Below, piece after piece: positions 1 to 9,708 of a stretch of 45,990 nucleotides of DNA. Origin of the DNA: a bacterium (lineage in GTDB: Bacteria > Arandabacterota > Arandabacteria > Arandabacterales > JALGWA01). Within the stretch, counting starts at the first letter, position 1, and each line of letters starts with the position of its first letter. Made by a program: the position numbers and the translations under genes. The DNA is taken from assembly GCA_050125095.1 (NCBI GenBank), contig JASFEA010000006.1, forward strand, positions 1-45,990, in the 5' to 3' direction. The notes beneath the pieces were generated by a model. It made no database searches. It saw nothing but the letters and a program-made list of their open reading frames with translations, and had not been told where the DNA came from.

Positions 1-50
1 GCCGCTAGCGGCAGGCATCGCCGCCTGCCGTCATTCGCGGGGGGAAGTAA

Positions 51-623
51 TTGGAGACCATAAGGACATTCATCGCGGTACCGGTGGGGGAGGAAGTCGA
101 GCGTGCGGTCGAGACGGTTGAAAGCGCGCTCAAGCGCTCGGCCGCCGACGTCAAGTGGGTGAGGCCGGGCAATGTCCATATCACGCTCAAGTTCCTGGGA
201 AGCGTGGAGAGCGGCCGTATAGGCGACATAGCGCGCGGGCTCGCGGCGGCGCTGGACGGGGCGCGCGGCTTCGACGCCACGGTGTCGGGTGTGGGCACGT
301 TTCCTCCAAACCCGCGGCGCGCGCGCGTCGTGTACATGGGGCTTAAGGAAGGCGCCGCCGGGATGGCCGGACTCGCCGAGCGGGTCGAGGACGCCATGGC
401 CGGGCTCGGCTTTGAAAAAGAGAAGCGCCCATTCAAATCCCACCTCACCATAGGCCGCGTCCGGCGCGGCGCCAGGAGACTCGAAGACCTCGGAAAGGCC
501 ATCGCGGGGGCGGAATATAAGCCCTTGAAACTCAGTGTGGATCGGGTTAATCTCGTTAAGAGTGAACTCACCCCTTCTGGGGCGATTTATACGATTATCG
601 AAACATTCGGCCTGGAACGATGA
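51..623 (+). CDS. thpR: RNA 2',3'-cyclic phosphodiesterase (2H phosphoesterase, LigT/ThpR)
   Basis: Two HxT motifs (HITLKFLG, HLTIGR), N-terminal RTFIAV, C-terminal SELTPSGAIY; usual position upstream of recA; TTG start. Confidence 0.92.
   Translation: METIRTFIAVPVGEEVERAVETVESALKRSAADVKWVRPGNVHITLKFLGSVESGRIGDIARGLAAALDGARGFDATVSGVGTFPPNPRRARVVYMGLKEGAAGMAGLAERVEDAMAGLGFEKEKRPFKSHLTIGRVRRGARRLEDLGKAIAGAEYKPLKLSVDRVNLVKSELTPSGAIYTIIETFGLER
525..553 (+). promoter_or_regulatory. Candidate sigma70 promoter for recA, inside thpR
   Basis: TTGAAA(525-530)-17 nt-TAATCT(548-553) in a locally AT-rich patch. Confidence 0.45.
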
Positions 624-641
624 CGAAAGGGAGGTCGGGGT

Positions 642-1700
642 ATGGCACCTAAAGCCAAATCGAAGGGCCCTGTCGAGAGGGTGGAAAAATCCGAAGACAG
701 AGAAAAGACACTCAATGTCACCATTACGCAGATAGAAAGACAATTCGGCAAGGGCTCGATCATGAAGCTGGGTGAAGGTGTTTCCCTGGGCGACATCGGC
801 ACGATCTCCACGGGCTCTATAGGCCTCGATCACGCTCTCGGCGTCGGCGGCGTGCCCCGGGGCAGGGTAATCGAGGTCTACGGTCCCGAGTCATCGGGCA
901 AGACCACGCTTGTTCTTCACATTATCGCCAATGCCCAGAGAGAGGGCGGGCTGGCGGCCTTCGTGGACGCCGAGCACGCGCTCGACCCCGACTATGCGAG
1001 GAAACTCGGGGTGGACGTGGACAACCTCCTCGTGTCCCAGCCCGATACTGGCGAGCAGGCCCTGGAGATTGCCGAGATGCTGGTTCGTTCAGGGGCCGTG
1101 GACGTCGTCGCCATAGACTCGGTGGCCGCGCTGGTGCCCAGGGCCGAGATAGAGGGAGAAATGGGCGAGGCCCAGGTCGGGCTCCAGGCGAGGCTGATGT
1201 CGCAGGCGCTTCGCAAGCTGACGGGCAGCATATCCAAATCGAGGACCTGCGTGATCTTCGTAAACCAGATCCGCATGAAGATCGGCGTCATGTTCGGGAA
1301 TCCCGAAACGACTTCAGGAGGCCGCGCGCTCAAGTTCTACTCGTCGGTCAGGATGGACATAAGGCGTATCGGCTCTATCAAGGAGCACGATACCGTGGTC
1401 GGCAACCGGACCAGGGTCAAGGTGGTCAAGAACAAAGTGGCCCCTCCGTTCAGGGATGCCGAGTTCGATCTTCTCTACGGAGAGGGCATTTCCAAGGAAG
1501 GCGAGCTTCTCGACCTCGGCGTGAACTACGATGTCGTCGAGAAGACGGGGACCTGGTATTCCTTCGAAAAGGAAAGACTGGGCCAGGGACGGGACAACTC
1601 CCGCAAGTACCTCAAGGAAAATCCCGACATCGCCCGGAAGCTCGAGGAGAGGATCAGGGAAACGCTGGAGATGCCCACACCCCAGGCAAATGAAGCGTGA
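642..1700 (+). CDS. recA: Recombinase RecA
   Basis: GPESSGKTT Walker [41 protein letters not shown]. Confidence 0.99.
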   Translation: MAPKAKSKGPVERVEKSEDREKTLNVTITQIERQFGKGSIMKLGEGVSLGDIGTISTGSIGLDHALGVGGVPRGRVIEVYGPESSGKTTLVLHIIANAQREGGLAAFVDAEHALDPDYARKLGVDVDNLLVSQPDTGEQALEIAEMLVRSGAVDVVAIDSVAALVPRAEIEGEMGEAQVGLQARLMSQALRKLTGSISKSRTCVIFVNQIRMKIGVMFGNPETTSGGRALKFYSSVRMDIRRIGSIKEHDTVVGNRTRVKVVKNKVAPPFRDAEFDLLYGEGISKEGELLDLGVNYDVVEKTGTWYSFEKERLGQGRDNSRKYLKENPDIARKLEERIRETLEMPTPQANEA

Positions 1701-2376
1701 TAGCTCGGCCCGGGGACGCAGACTCTCGATTGTAAAGCTCTCCAAGGTGCCGCGGAAGGGCGAGTATACTGTCGCCCTCTCCGACGGCTACCGCTTCAGA
1801 GTAACCGCCGAGCAGCTCTCCCGCGCAGGTCTTGAAGAGGGGAGAGACCTGGACCCGGATGAGATTCCCGTAATGGAGAGGGCGTACGAGACCGCGGCGG
1901 CAAGGCGTGCGGCTTTAAGGCTTCTCAAGGTGAGGCCAAGGGCCTCGGGCGAGCTCCGGCGCGAGCTCGTCAGGCGCAAGCACCGGGCGGAGACCATCGG
2001 CGCCGTGATTGCCGACCTTGAGGAGACGGGGGCGGTGGACGACCGGCTGTTCGCGCGCCTGTGGATCAAAGAGAGAGTGGAGAAGAAAGGCTACGGGAAG
2101 CGGCGTATCGCCTCGGAGCTCTTCTCCAAAGGTGTCGACAGGGATATTGTCGAGAACGAGCTCAGGACCGGCTTTGATCGGGACAGCGAGCTGGCGGTCG
2201 CGGTGCGGTCCGCTCGCGGTCGCCTCAGGAGGCTGGGGTCGGTTCCTCTTGAAACCAGGAAGCGACGCATATATACATATTTATTAAGGAGTGGATTCAC
2301 ATCCGACATCGCAGGCGAGGCCACGAAGTCGGTACTGGAGCCATACATCGGAGATGAAAGTGATGACAACGGATGA
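1690..2376 (+). CDS. recX: Regulatory protein RecX (long form)
   Basis: [39 protein letters not shown]; overlaps the recA stop. Start moved from 1531 to ATG 1690. Confidence 0.88.
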   Translation: MKRDSSARGRRLSIVKLSKVPRKGEYTVALSDGYRFRVTAEQLSRAGLEEGRDLDPDEIPVMERAYETAAARRAALRLLKVRPRASGELRRELVRRKHRAETIGAVIADLEETGAVDDRLFARLWIKERVEKKGYGKRRIASELFSKGVDRDIVENELRTGFDRDSELAVAVRSARGRLRRLGSVPLETRKRRIYTYLLRSGFTSDIAGEATKSVLEPYIGDESDDNG

Positions 2377-4984
2377 GCTGAGGAGACTTTTTCTCGATTA
2401 CTTCCGCGAGAAGGGGCACACCGTCGTGCCCAGCGCTTCGCTTGTTCCCGAAGGCGACCCGACCCTGCTTTTTAACGTCGCGGGCATGGTGCAGTTCAAG
2501 CAGTTCTATGCCTGCAAGGGCGAGATTCCGTTTACGCGGGCCGCCTCGGTGCAGAAGTGCCTCAGGGCGACGGATCTCGAAGAGGTGGGACGCACCATCA
2601 AGCACCATACTTTCTTCGAGATGCTGGGCAATTTCTCATTCGGCGATTACTTCAAGCGTGAGGCCATCGAGTGGGCGTGGGATTTCCTCACCAATGTCGT
2701 GAAGCTCCCGGTAGGCCGCCTTGTGGTCTCGGTGCATGTGGATGACGGCGAGAGCGAGAAGATCTGGGTTGACTCCATGGGGGTGGACAAGGACAGGGTC
2801 TACAGGCTCGGGGATGAAGAGAACTTCTGGGGCCCGGCCGGCGCTAGCGGCCCGTGCGGGCCGTGCTCGGAGATCCACTACGACTTCGGTCCCGAGGCCG
2901 GCTGCGGCAAGGTGGAATGCGACCCGGCCTGCGACTGCGGAAGGTTCATTGAAGTGTGGAACCTGGTGTTTCCCCAGTTCTACCAGGACACGGACGGCAG
3001 CCGCGGCCCGCTCGAGCGCAAGGGCGTCGATACCGGCATGGGTCTCGAGAGGCTCGCGGTCGTCTGCCAGGGGGCGGATTCGCTGTTCGACACGGATGTC
3101 TTCAAACCCATAATCGAGTTCATCAAGGACGAGGTCGACTTCGGCGACCGCGGGGAGGCCGATGAGGTCAACGTCCGCGTGATCGCAGATCACGCGCGGG
3201 CGCTGTGCTTCGCCATCTCCGAAGGCGCGCTTCCATCCAATGAGGGAAGGGGCTATGTCATAAGGAGGATCTTAAGGCGCGCCGTGGTCAAGGCCCTTAA
3301 CCTCGGGCAGGACAAGCCGTTTCTATACAGGGCCGCCGGCAGGGTCATAGACGTGATGAGGGGCGCGTACCCCGAGCTCGACGACAGGCGCGAACAGATA
3401 GCCATAATAATCAAGTCGGACGAGGAGCGATTCCAGGGGACGCTTCAGCGGGGCATGTCCATACTCAACGCCGCCCTGGAAGAGATCGGATCGAAGGGGG
3501 GAAAAGAGGTTCCCGGAGCGACGGTGTTCAAGCTCTACGACACCTATGGTTTCCCGGTCGAGATCACGCATGAGCTGGCGTCGAATGCCGGGCTGGGTAT
3601 CGACGCCGAGGGATTCGAGCGCGAGATGGAGGAGCAGCGCGAGCGCGCGAGGCAGGCGAGCAAGATCGGCCGGGAGCTGGAACCCGGTGAAGGCGCCACT
3701 GAGGTTTCCGAAGCATTCGTGGGTTACGACCTCTTTGAAGTTCCCACGGTGATAAAGTCGCTGGGCTCGGAGCCCGGCCGGGTAACAAGCGCGTCGGCGG
3801 ATGAAGAGGTCGACATAGAGCTCGACAGGACCCCGTTCTATCCCGAGTGCGGCGGGCAGGTGGCCGATGTGGGAACCATAGTCGGGCCGTCGGGGAAGGG
3901 ACTGGTCGTGGACGTCAGGTGGTTCGGCGGCACCAGGATAATGCACAGGGTGCTCGTCGAACACGGCACGCTCTCGGCGGGCGACGGCGTTGTCGCCAAG
4001 ATCGACCTCGAGAGGAGAAAGGACGTCGAGAGAAACCACACTGCGACGCATCTTCTTCACGCCGCCCTGAGGTCGGTTCTCGGCGGCCACGTCAGGCAGG
4101 CGGGGTCGCTTGTGGCCCCGGACCGGTTGAGATTCGACTTCACTCATTACGAGCCGGTGGGAGAGGATGAGCTCCGCAAGGTCGAGTCGATTGTGAACGA
4201 AAAAGTGCTCAGCAACGTCCCGGTGGGCTGGTCGGTGATGGCTTATGAAGATGCCAGGGCCAGGGGAGCCGTCGCGCTCTTCGGCGAGAAGTACGGCCAG
4301 CAGGTGCGCATGGTGGAGATAGAGAACTCCAGCTGCGAGCTGTGCGGCGGGACGCATGTGACGAACACCGGGGAGATAGGGCTTTTCAGGATCGCCTCGG
4401 AGTCGGGCATCGCCGCCGGCGTCAGGAGAATCGAAGCCCTTACCGGGCATGCCGCACTGGAGGACGCGCGCGCCGCGTCGCGCGAGCTGCAGAATGTGTC
4501 GGCAGCCCTCAAGGTGCCCGCCAGGGAGCTCGAAGACGCCGCGCGCAGGTTGTCAGAGAGGGTCAGGGCGCTTGAGAAGGAGCTCTCCGAAGTCAGGCAG
4601 GAGATGGCCTCGGGCCAGGTCGACGACCTTATCGGCAGAGCAGAAGATGTTGACGGCATGGCCGTCGTAAGCGCCGAAGTCGCGGGCGCCAATATGGATC
4701 TCTTGAAGCATCTCGTGGACCGGGTGCGCGACAAGCTCCCGAGCGGGGTAATCTGTCTGGGCAGCGGCGCCGGCGGGCGGGCAGTGGTCGTTGTCAGCGT
4801 AGACCAGGAGCTAGTTGACAGCCGCGGCGTGAAGGCCTCATTCATAGCCAAGAAGATCGGCGAGATGGTCGGGGGCAAGGGTGGCGGCAAAGACACTTTC
4901 GCCCAGGCCGGCGGCAAGGACCCCGGCGCGCTCGGCGATGCGCTCAAGGCCTGTCGTGAGGTAGTTGCCGATATTGCTGGATAA
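2363..4984 (+). CDS. alaS: Alanine--tRNA ligase
   Basis: DPTLLFNVAGM, HHTFFEMLGNFSFGDYFK, DTGMGLER, NHTATHLLH, ELCGGTH, GGKGGG; start is ATG 2363 or 2354. Confidence 0.98.
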   Translation: MTTDELRRLFLDYFREKGHTVVPSASLVPEGDPTLLFNVAGMVQFKQFYACKGEIPFTRAASVQKCLRATDLEEVGRTIKHHTFFEMLGNFSFGDYFKREAIEWAWDFLTNVVKLPVGRLVVSVHVDDGESEKIWVDSMGVDKDRVYRLGDEENFWGPAGASGPCGPCSEIHYDFGPEAGCGKVECDPACDCGRFIEVWNLVFPQFYQDTDGSRGPLERKGVDTGMGLERLAVVCQGADSLFDTDVFKPIIEFIKDEVDFGDRGEADEVNVRVIADHARALCFAISEGALPSNEGRGYVIRRILRRAVVKALNLGQDKPFLYRAAGRVIDVMRGAYPELDDRREQIAIIIKSDEERFQGTLQRGMSILNAALEEIGSKGGKEVPGATVFKLYDTYGFPVEITHELASNAGLGIDAEGFEREMEEQRERARQASKIGRELEPGEGATEVSEAFVGYDLFEVPTVIKSLGSEPGRVTSASADEEVDIELDRTPFYPECGGQVADVGTIVGPSGKGLVVDVRWFGGTRIMHRVLVEHGTLSAGDGVVAKIDLERRKDVERNHTATHLLHAALRSVLGGHVRQAGSLVAPDRLRFDFTHYEPVGEDELRKVESIVNEKVLSNVPVGWSVMAYEDARARGAVALFGEKYGQQVRMVEIENSSCELCGGTHVTNTGEIGLFRIASESGIAAGVRRIEALTGHAALEDARAASRELQNVSAALKVPARELEDAARRLSERVRALEKELSEVRQEMASGQVDDLIGRAEDVDGMAVVSAEVAGANMDLLKHLVDRVRDKLPSGVICLGSGAGGRAVVVVSVDQELVDSRGVKASFIAKKIGEMVGGKGGGKDTFAQAGGKDPGALGDALKACREVVADIAG

Positions 4985-5180
4985 AACAGAAGAAAGACGC
5001 CTGGCCGAGTTCCCCTGTGAGTGGGCCTGCGGAGTATGCGCCGCGGTGTGCGCGGCACAGGCGATAGACTACGTCCCCGGGGCGGTGATTGTGCAGAGCG
5101 GTCGATGCACCGGCTGCGGCGACTGTGTCAGGGTCTGTCCCCACGGTATTCTCAAGGAGGAGCACCTTGCGCGACTATGA
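4965..5180 (+). CDS. Small 2x[4Fe-4S] ferredoxin-like protein
   Basis: CEWACGVCAAVC and CTGCGDCVRVCP motifs; overlaps the alaS end and the reductase start; TTG start. Confidence 0.8.
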   Translation: MPILLDKTEERRLAEFPCEWACGVCAAVCAAQAIDYVPGAVIVQSGRCTGCGDCVRVCPHGILKEEHLARL

Positions 5181-6345
5181 CGTCATTGTCGCCGGCGGAG
5201 GCTGCGCCGGCCTCTGGGCGGCGATCGTCGCCGCGCGCCGAGGAGCAAGGACGCTCCTGCTCGAGAAGGAGGGCGATATCGGCGAGAAGATAAGGTGCGC
5301 CGAGGGCGTGGGGACCAGAGGTATATCGCAGTTTGTCGACATCGATGCCGGCTGGATCGCGAGCGAGGTTCATGGCGGCAGGTTTTTCTCGCCGGACGGC
5401 AACTGCGTGAGCGCCGATGAGCCCGGCTGCGGCTTCATTCTTCATAAGGACCTGTTCCTCAAGGGGCTGGCGGACATGGCGAGAGAAGCCGGGGCGGAGA
5501 TCAGGACCTCAAGCAGGGTGGCGGGGCTGAAGCCGCTTGACGGCGGAGGATTCGAAGTGTGCCTTGGGGACGGCCGGGGGACCTCGGGGGACAAGCTGGC
5601 CTGCGGGGCCGTGGTCGCCGCCGATGGCATTCAGTCGGGCGTCGCGCGCCTTGGGGGCCTCGATACGCATATCCCTACCGATGAGGTCTTCATCTGCGCG
5701 CAGAACACGGTGTCTTCGGTGGACGTCGACCGGCATATGGTCGAGTTTCATTTCGGCAGCCGGATCGCCCCCGGCGGCTACGCCTGGGTGTTTCCCAAGG
5801 GTGATTCCATGGCCAATGTGGGGGTAGGCATAAGGTCCGGAGCCGCGCACGGCCGCGCATATGATTATCTCGGGGAGTTCATGAAAAGCCGCTGCCCGGG
5901 CGCGCACATCGAGAGGTCGATAGTGGGCGGCGTGCCGGCTGTAAGGAAGGCGCCGAGGGGTCTTTACAGAGGCCTTTTTCTGGCCGGCGACGCGGCGCGC
6001 GCCGCCGACCCGGTTTCGGGAGCCGGAATAGTGCCCGCGTTGGAGTCCGCCGCCGTGAGCGGCGAATACGCGGCAGTCCTGGCGCTGGGCGAGATGCCCT
6101 ACAGAGATGTGGAGCGCGAGTTCAAGAAGAAATACGAAGGCGTGCTCAAGTGGAGAAAGCTCCGCTATGCTCTCAAGAAGGTGTTGACCGCCCTTACCGA
6201 CGCGGAGTACTCAAGACTGGTCGGCCTGATAGACGAATACTGCTCCTCAGGAGCCAGCCTTCAGGAGTCCGGCAAGCTCGTTAAGTTCTTCATCAAATCC
6301 ATGCCGCGCAACTTCGGCATGGTCAGGCACCTTGCGGGGATCTAA
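5167..6345 (+). CDS. Geranylgeranyl reductase family FAD oxidoreductase (digeranylgeranylglycerophospholipid reductase-like)
   Basis: YDVIVAGGGCAG FAD motif, IRCAEG, PGGYAWVFPKG, GDAA..DPVSGAGI; TTG 5167 after AAGGAGG RBS. Confidence 0.85.
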   Translation: MRDYDVIVAGGGCAGLWAAIVAARRGARTLLLEKEGDIGEKIRCAEGVGTRGISQFVDIDAGWIASEVHGGRFFSPDGNCVSADEPGCGFILHKDLFLKGLADMAREAGAEIRTSSRVAGLKPLDGGGFEVCLGDGRGTSGDKLACGAVVAADGIQSGVARLGGLDTHIPTDEVFICAQNTVSSVDVDRHMVEFHFGSRIAPGGYAWVFPKGDSMANVGVGIRSGAAHGRAYDYLGEFMKSRCPGAHIERSIVGGVPAVRKAPRGLYRGLFLAGDAARAADPVSGAGIVPALESAAVSGEYAAVLALGEMPYRDVEREFKKKYEGVLKWRKLRYALKKVLTALTDAEYSRLVGLIDEYCSSGASLQESGKLVKFFIKSMPRNFGMVRHLAGI

Positions 6346-6346
6346 A

Positions 6347-7105
6347 ATGGCCGGCGTATACGAGCACATGCTGAGTTTCAAGACTTCGGACAGGGCGGGG
6401 TACGTCGTGCTGATCGATCCTGACCGCATCCCGATGGACGACATCGAGGAAAGGGTCGCGCTCATCAGCCGGTATGCCGACCTCGTCTTCATAGGAGGCA
6501 GCATAGTAACACGCGGGAGCTTCGATGAAGCCATAAGGCGCGTCAAGAGAGCTTCCGAAGTTCCGGTGGTGATTTTCCCGGGCGACGCCACGCAGGTATC
6601 CGGCGGGGCCGACGCCATCATGTTCCTGTCGCTCGTAAGCGGGCGGAACGCCGACCTTCTCATCGGCGAGCACGTCAAGGCCGCCCCATTGGTGCGGAAC
6701 CTGGGGCTAGAGGCCATTCCAGTGGCGTACATTCTTGTTGAATCGGGCCGGACCACATCAGTACAATTCATGAGCCAGACGCTGGCGATACCCGGGGACA
6801 AGCCTGAGATAGCTATGGCTCATGCCCTGGCCGGGGAGTACCTGGGCATGAAGGCGGTATTCCTCGAGGCCGGGAGCGGCGCGGAGAATCACGTGCCCGC
6901 GGGCATGGTGAAGGCAGTCTCGGATTACGTGTCAGTCCCGGTCATGGTCGGCGGAGGCATCAGGACGCCTGACATGGCGGGGGAACTCGTGAAGTCAGGT
7001 GCGACTTTCATAGTCACCGGCGACATAATAGAAAAACACGCAAGCGAAAGCATGCTGGAGGACTTCAGCAGGGCCGTACGCGAGACCTGCCGCGAAAGGG
7101 GTTGA
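6347..7105 (+). CDS. Geranylgeranylglyceryl phosphate synthase (GGGPS/PcrB family, group II-like)
   Basis: LIDPD, IGGS, FPG, DA..FLSLVSGRN, YILVESG, FLEAGSGA, VGGGIR, IVTG motifs. Confidence 0.9.
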   Translation: MAGVYEHMLSFKTSDRAGYVVLIDPDRIPMDDIEERVALISRYADLVFIGGSIVTRGSFDEAIRRVKRASEVPVVIFPGDATQVSGGADAIMFLSLVSGRNADLLIGEHVKAAPLVRNLGLEAIPVAYILVESGRTTSVQFMSQTLAIPGDKPEIAMAHALAGEYLGMKAVFLEAGSGAENHVPAGMVKAVSDYVSVPVMVGGGIRTPDMAGELVKSGATFIVTGDIIEKHASESMLEDFSRAVRETCRERG

Positions 7106-8175
7106 TCGATACGAAAGCCGTTATCTTGAGTGGAGGAAAGGGAACAAGGCTCAGACCGATAACCCATACGGGTGCCAAGCAGCTGGTCCCGGTGGCCAAC
7201 AAACCCATTCTCTTTTACGGAATCGAAGCGATCAGAGACGCGGGCATAACCGACATAGGAATAGTCGTCGGCGACACGGCTGCGGAGATCGAGGCGGCGG
7301 TGGGAGACGGGTCGGAGTTCGGAGTCAAGGCGACGTATATCAGGCAGGAGGCCCCGCTCGGCCTTGCGCATGCGGTGAAGATAGCCAGGGACTTCGTCGG
7401 CACTGACAGGTTCATTGTCTATCTGGGGGACAACCTCATTATCGAGGGCATCAAGCAGTTCGTAGAGCAGTTCGAATCGCTGTCGCCGAACTCCCAGATA
7501 CTGCTCGCCCACGTGCCGAATCCGCAGGACTTCGGCGTCGCCGAGCTTCGGGGAGAAAGGGTGGCGCGCCTTGTGGAGAAGCCCAAAGAGCCCAAGACGG
7601 ATCTCGCGCTCGTAGGCGTCTACATGTTCGATGAGAGCATATTCGAGGCGGCGGACAGGATAAAGCCCTCCTGGAGGGACGAGCTCGAGATAACAGACGC
7701 CATACAGTACCTGATAGAGCATGATTTCGACGTCAGGTTCCGCATCATAGATGGGTGGTGGAAAGATACGGGCAAGCTGGAGGACATGCTGGAGGCCAAC
7801 CGGATGATTCTCGAGCGGATCGAACCGTCGGTCGACGGCGATATAGACTCGAAGTCCAAGACCGACGGCAAGGTGGTGGTCGGCAAGGGCGCCAGAATAG
7901 AGAACTCCATTCTCCGGGGGCCGCTCATAATCGGTGAAAACACGCGGATCGTCAATTCGTATATAGGGCCGTTCACATCCATCTATTATGACTGCGAGAT
8001 AACGGGCAGCGAAATAGAGCACAGCATAATCTTAGAGCGCAGTAAGATAGTGGATGTGGGGGCGCGAATCGAAAGCAGCCTTGTCGGCAAGAACGTAGTG
8101 ATAGAGAAGCATGCTCAGCGCCCGAAGGCATGCAGCTTCATGGTGGGCGACTACAGCCACATCGTGCTGGACTGA
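7102..8175 (+). CDS. rfbA: Glucose-1-phosphate thymidylyltransferase, long form
   Basis: ILSGGKGTRLRPITHTGAKQLVPVANKP, LVEKP, ELEITDA, WWKDTG; C-terminal hexapeptide repeats. Confidence 0.92.
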   Translation: MIDTKAVILSGGKGTRLRPITHTGAKQLVPVANKPILFYGIEAIRDAGITDIGIVVGDTAAEIEAAVGDGSEFGVKATYIRQEAPLGLAHAVKIARDFVGTDRFIVYLGDNLIIEGIKQFVEQFESLSPNSQILLAHVPNPQDFGVAELRGERVARLVEKPKEPKTDLALVGVYMFDESIFEAADRIKPSWRDELEITDAIQYLIEHDFDVRFRIIDGWWKDTGKLEDMLEANRMILERIEPSVDGDIDSKSKTDGKVVVGKGARIENSILRGPLIIGENTRIVNSYIGPFTSIYYDCEITGSEIEHSIILERSKIVDVGARIESSLVGKNVVIEKHAQRPKACSFMVGDYSHIVLD

Positions 8176-8195
8176 AGAACGGGGGGAGGTCGCTC

Positions 8196-9044
8196 TTGAA
8201 AATACTGGTCACCGGCGCCCGGGGCATGATGGGAACCGACATGTGTGACGTCCTCGCTCAAGGTCATGACGTGGCCGGCGTGGACATAGAGGATTTCGAT
8301 ATTCTTAACGGCGAGGCGGTGCTCGAGGCCATTGAAGCGCTGGCCCCCGAGATTGTGGTGCATCTCGCGGGCTTTACCAGGGTTGAGGACGCCGAGGACC
8401 AGAAGGACGAGGCCTTCAACACCAACGCGGTGGGCACGATGAATATGGCCAAGGCGTCGAGGGACGCGGGCGCCCGCCTTATATACGTGAGCACCGACTA
8501 TGTCTTCGACGGATCGAAAGATTCTCCCTATGTCGAGACCGACATTCCGGCCCCTATAAATTTCTACGGACTCACAAAGCTCTTCGGGGAGAGATACGCC
8601 TCCTCTCTGAACCCGCGCCATCTCATCGTCAGGACATCCTGGCTATACGGGCCAAACGGCAAGAACTTCGTTGATACGATACTCGCGAGGGCGAGAGAGG
8701 GCGCACCCTTGAGGGTGGTGGACGACCAGCGGGGCAGCCCGACATACACGTGTCACCTGGCGCGGGGAATCAGGGCGGCCCTGGAGAAGGGAGTCGAGGG
8801 GACGCTTCACATGGCCAACTCGGGAGAGACCACCTGGTATGAATTCGCCAGGACCGCCCTCGAACTGGCGGGCCTGGAGGCCGAGATCAAGCCCGTGTCC
8901 AGCAGCGAGTATGTTACCAAAGCGGCCCGCCCCAAGAACTCGGTGCTCGGGAGTCTGGTCATCGGACACGCCGGCCTCGAGCCGCTTCCCGACTGGAAGC
9001 ACGGTCTACGTGAGCACCTCGCGAGGCGAGAGGCGGCCCAATAA
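8196..9044 (+). CDS. rfbD: dTDP-4-dehydrorhamnose reductase
   Basis: ILVTGARGMMG, STDYVFDG, YGLTK, RTSWLYG, DDQRGSPT, ARPKNS; TTG 8196 after GGAGG. Confidence 0.92.
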   Translation: MKILVTGARGMMGTDMCDVLAQGHDVAGVDIEDFDILNGEAVLEAIEALAPEIVVHLAGFTRVEDAEDQKDEAFNTNAVGTMNMAKASRDAGARLIYVSTDYVFDGSKDSPYVETDIPAPINFYGLTKLFGERYASSLNPRHLIVRTSWLYGPNGKNFVDTILARAREGAPLRVVDDQRGSPTYTCHLARGIRAALEKGVEGTLHMANSGETTWYEFARTALELAGLEAEIKPVSSSEYVTKAARPKNSVLGSLVIGHAGLEPLPDWKHGLREHLARREAAQ

Positions 9045-9072
9045 TCAGGTTAGCAAGTGAGGTGAGCGCAGA

Positions 9073-9648
9073 ATGCCATGCGAATGGGTTAAGCAGACTC
9101 TGAAATCGGGAAGTGACCTTTATCTCCGGACTTCGGATACATGTTGCGACGACATCGCGGCCGCGGCGAGGGCTGTCCTCGAGACGCTCAAGGGCGGCGG
9201 CAAGGTACTTCTCTGCGGGAACGGGGGTAGCGCGGCCGACGCGCAGCACATCGCCACCGAGATGACGGTCAAGATGGGGAAGGTGCGCGAGCCCATGGCG
9301 GCCGTAGCGCTAACCACCAATCCGTCGCTGCTGACGGCCCAGGCCAACGACCTGGGTTTCGACACGGTGTTCTCCAGGCAGGTGGCGTCCCTCGGAAGCG
9401 CGAAGGACATACTCATCGCCATAAGTACGAGCGGCAACTCGCCCAACGTACTCGAGGCGGTGAACGCAGCGCGCGACATGAAGATGAAGACAATAGGCCT
9501 GACAGGGTGCGGGGGCGGTAAACTCGCTCCTCTCTGCGATATTCCCATTATCGTGCCGTCGGATGAGGTTCAGCGCATTCAGGAGGCGCATATCGCCATA
9601 GGCCACATGATATGCGAACACGCCGAGACGGGGCTGTACGGGGAGTAG
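9073..9648 (+). CDS. gmhA: D-sedoheptulose-7-phosphate isomerase
   Basis: CGNGGSAADAQH, ANDLGF..VFSRQ, ISTSGNSPN, RIQEAH. Confidence 0.93.
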   Translation: MPCEWVKQTLKSGSDLYLRTSDTCCDDIAAAARAVLETLKGGGKVLLCGNGGSAADAQHIATEMTVKMGKVREPMAAVALTTNPSLLTAQANDLGFDTVFSRQVASLGSAKDILIAISTSGNSPNVLEAVNAARDMKMKTIGLTGCGGGKLAPLCDIPIIVPSDEVQRIQEAHIAIGHMICEHAETGLYGE

Positions 9649-9708
9649 ACTTCAGAAACAAGCTCAGCGGTCTGAGAGCTTCCGCACAATTCCGGACAGG
9701 ATTCGGGT

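Noticed and set aside
9-30. Hairpin CGGCAGGC-N6-GCCTGCCG as a terminator
   Set aside because: No U-tract, and the upstream context is cut off by the window edge
2249-2290. Internal promoter for alaS within recX (also TTGCGT-17-TACTTT in prs at 19651-19679)
   Set aside because: AT-rich and plausible, but the matches are too weak to call without TSS data
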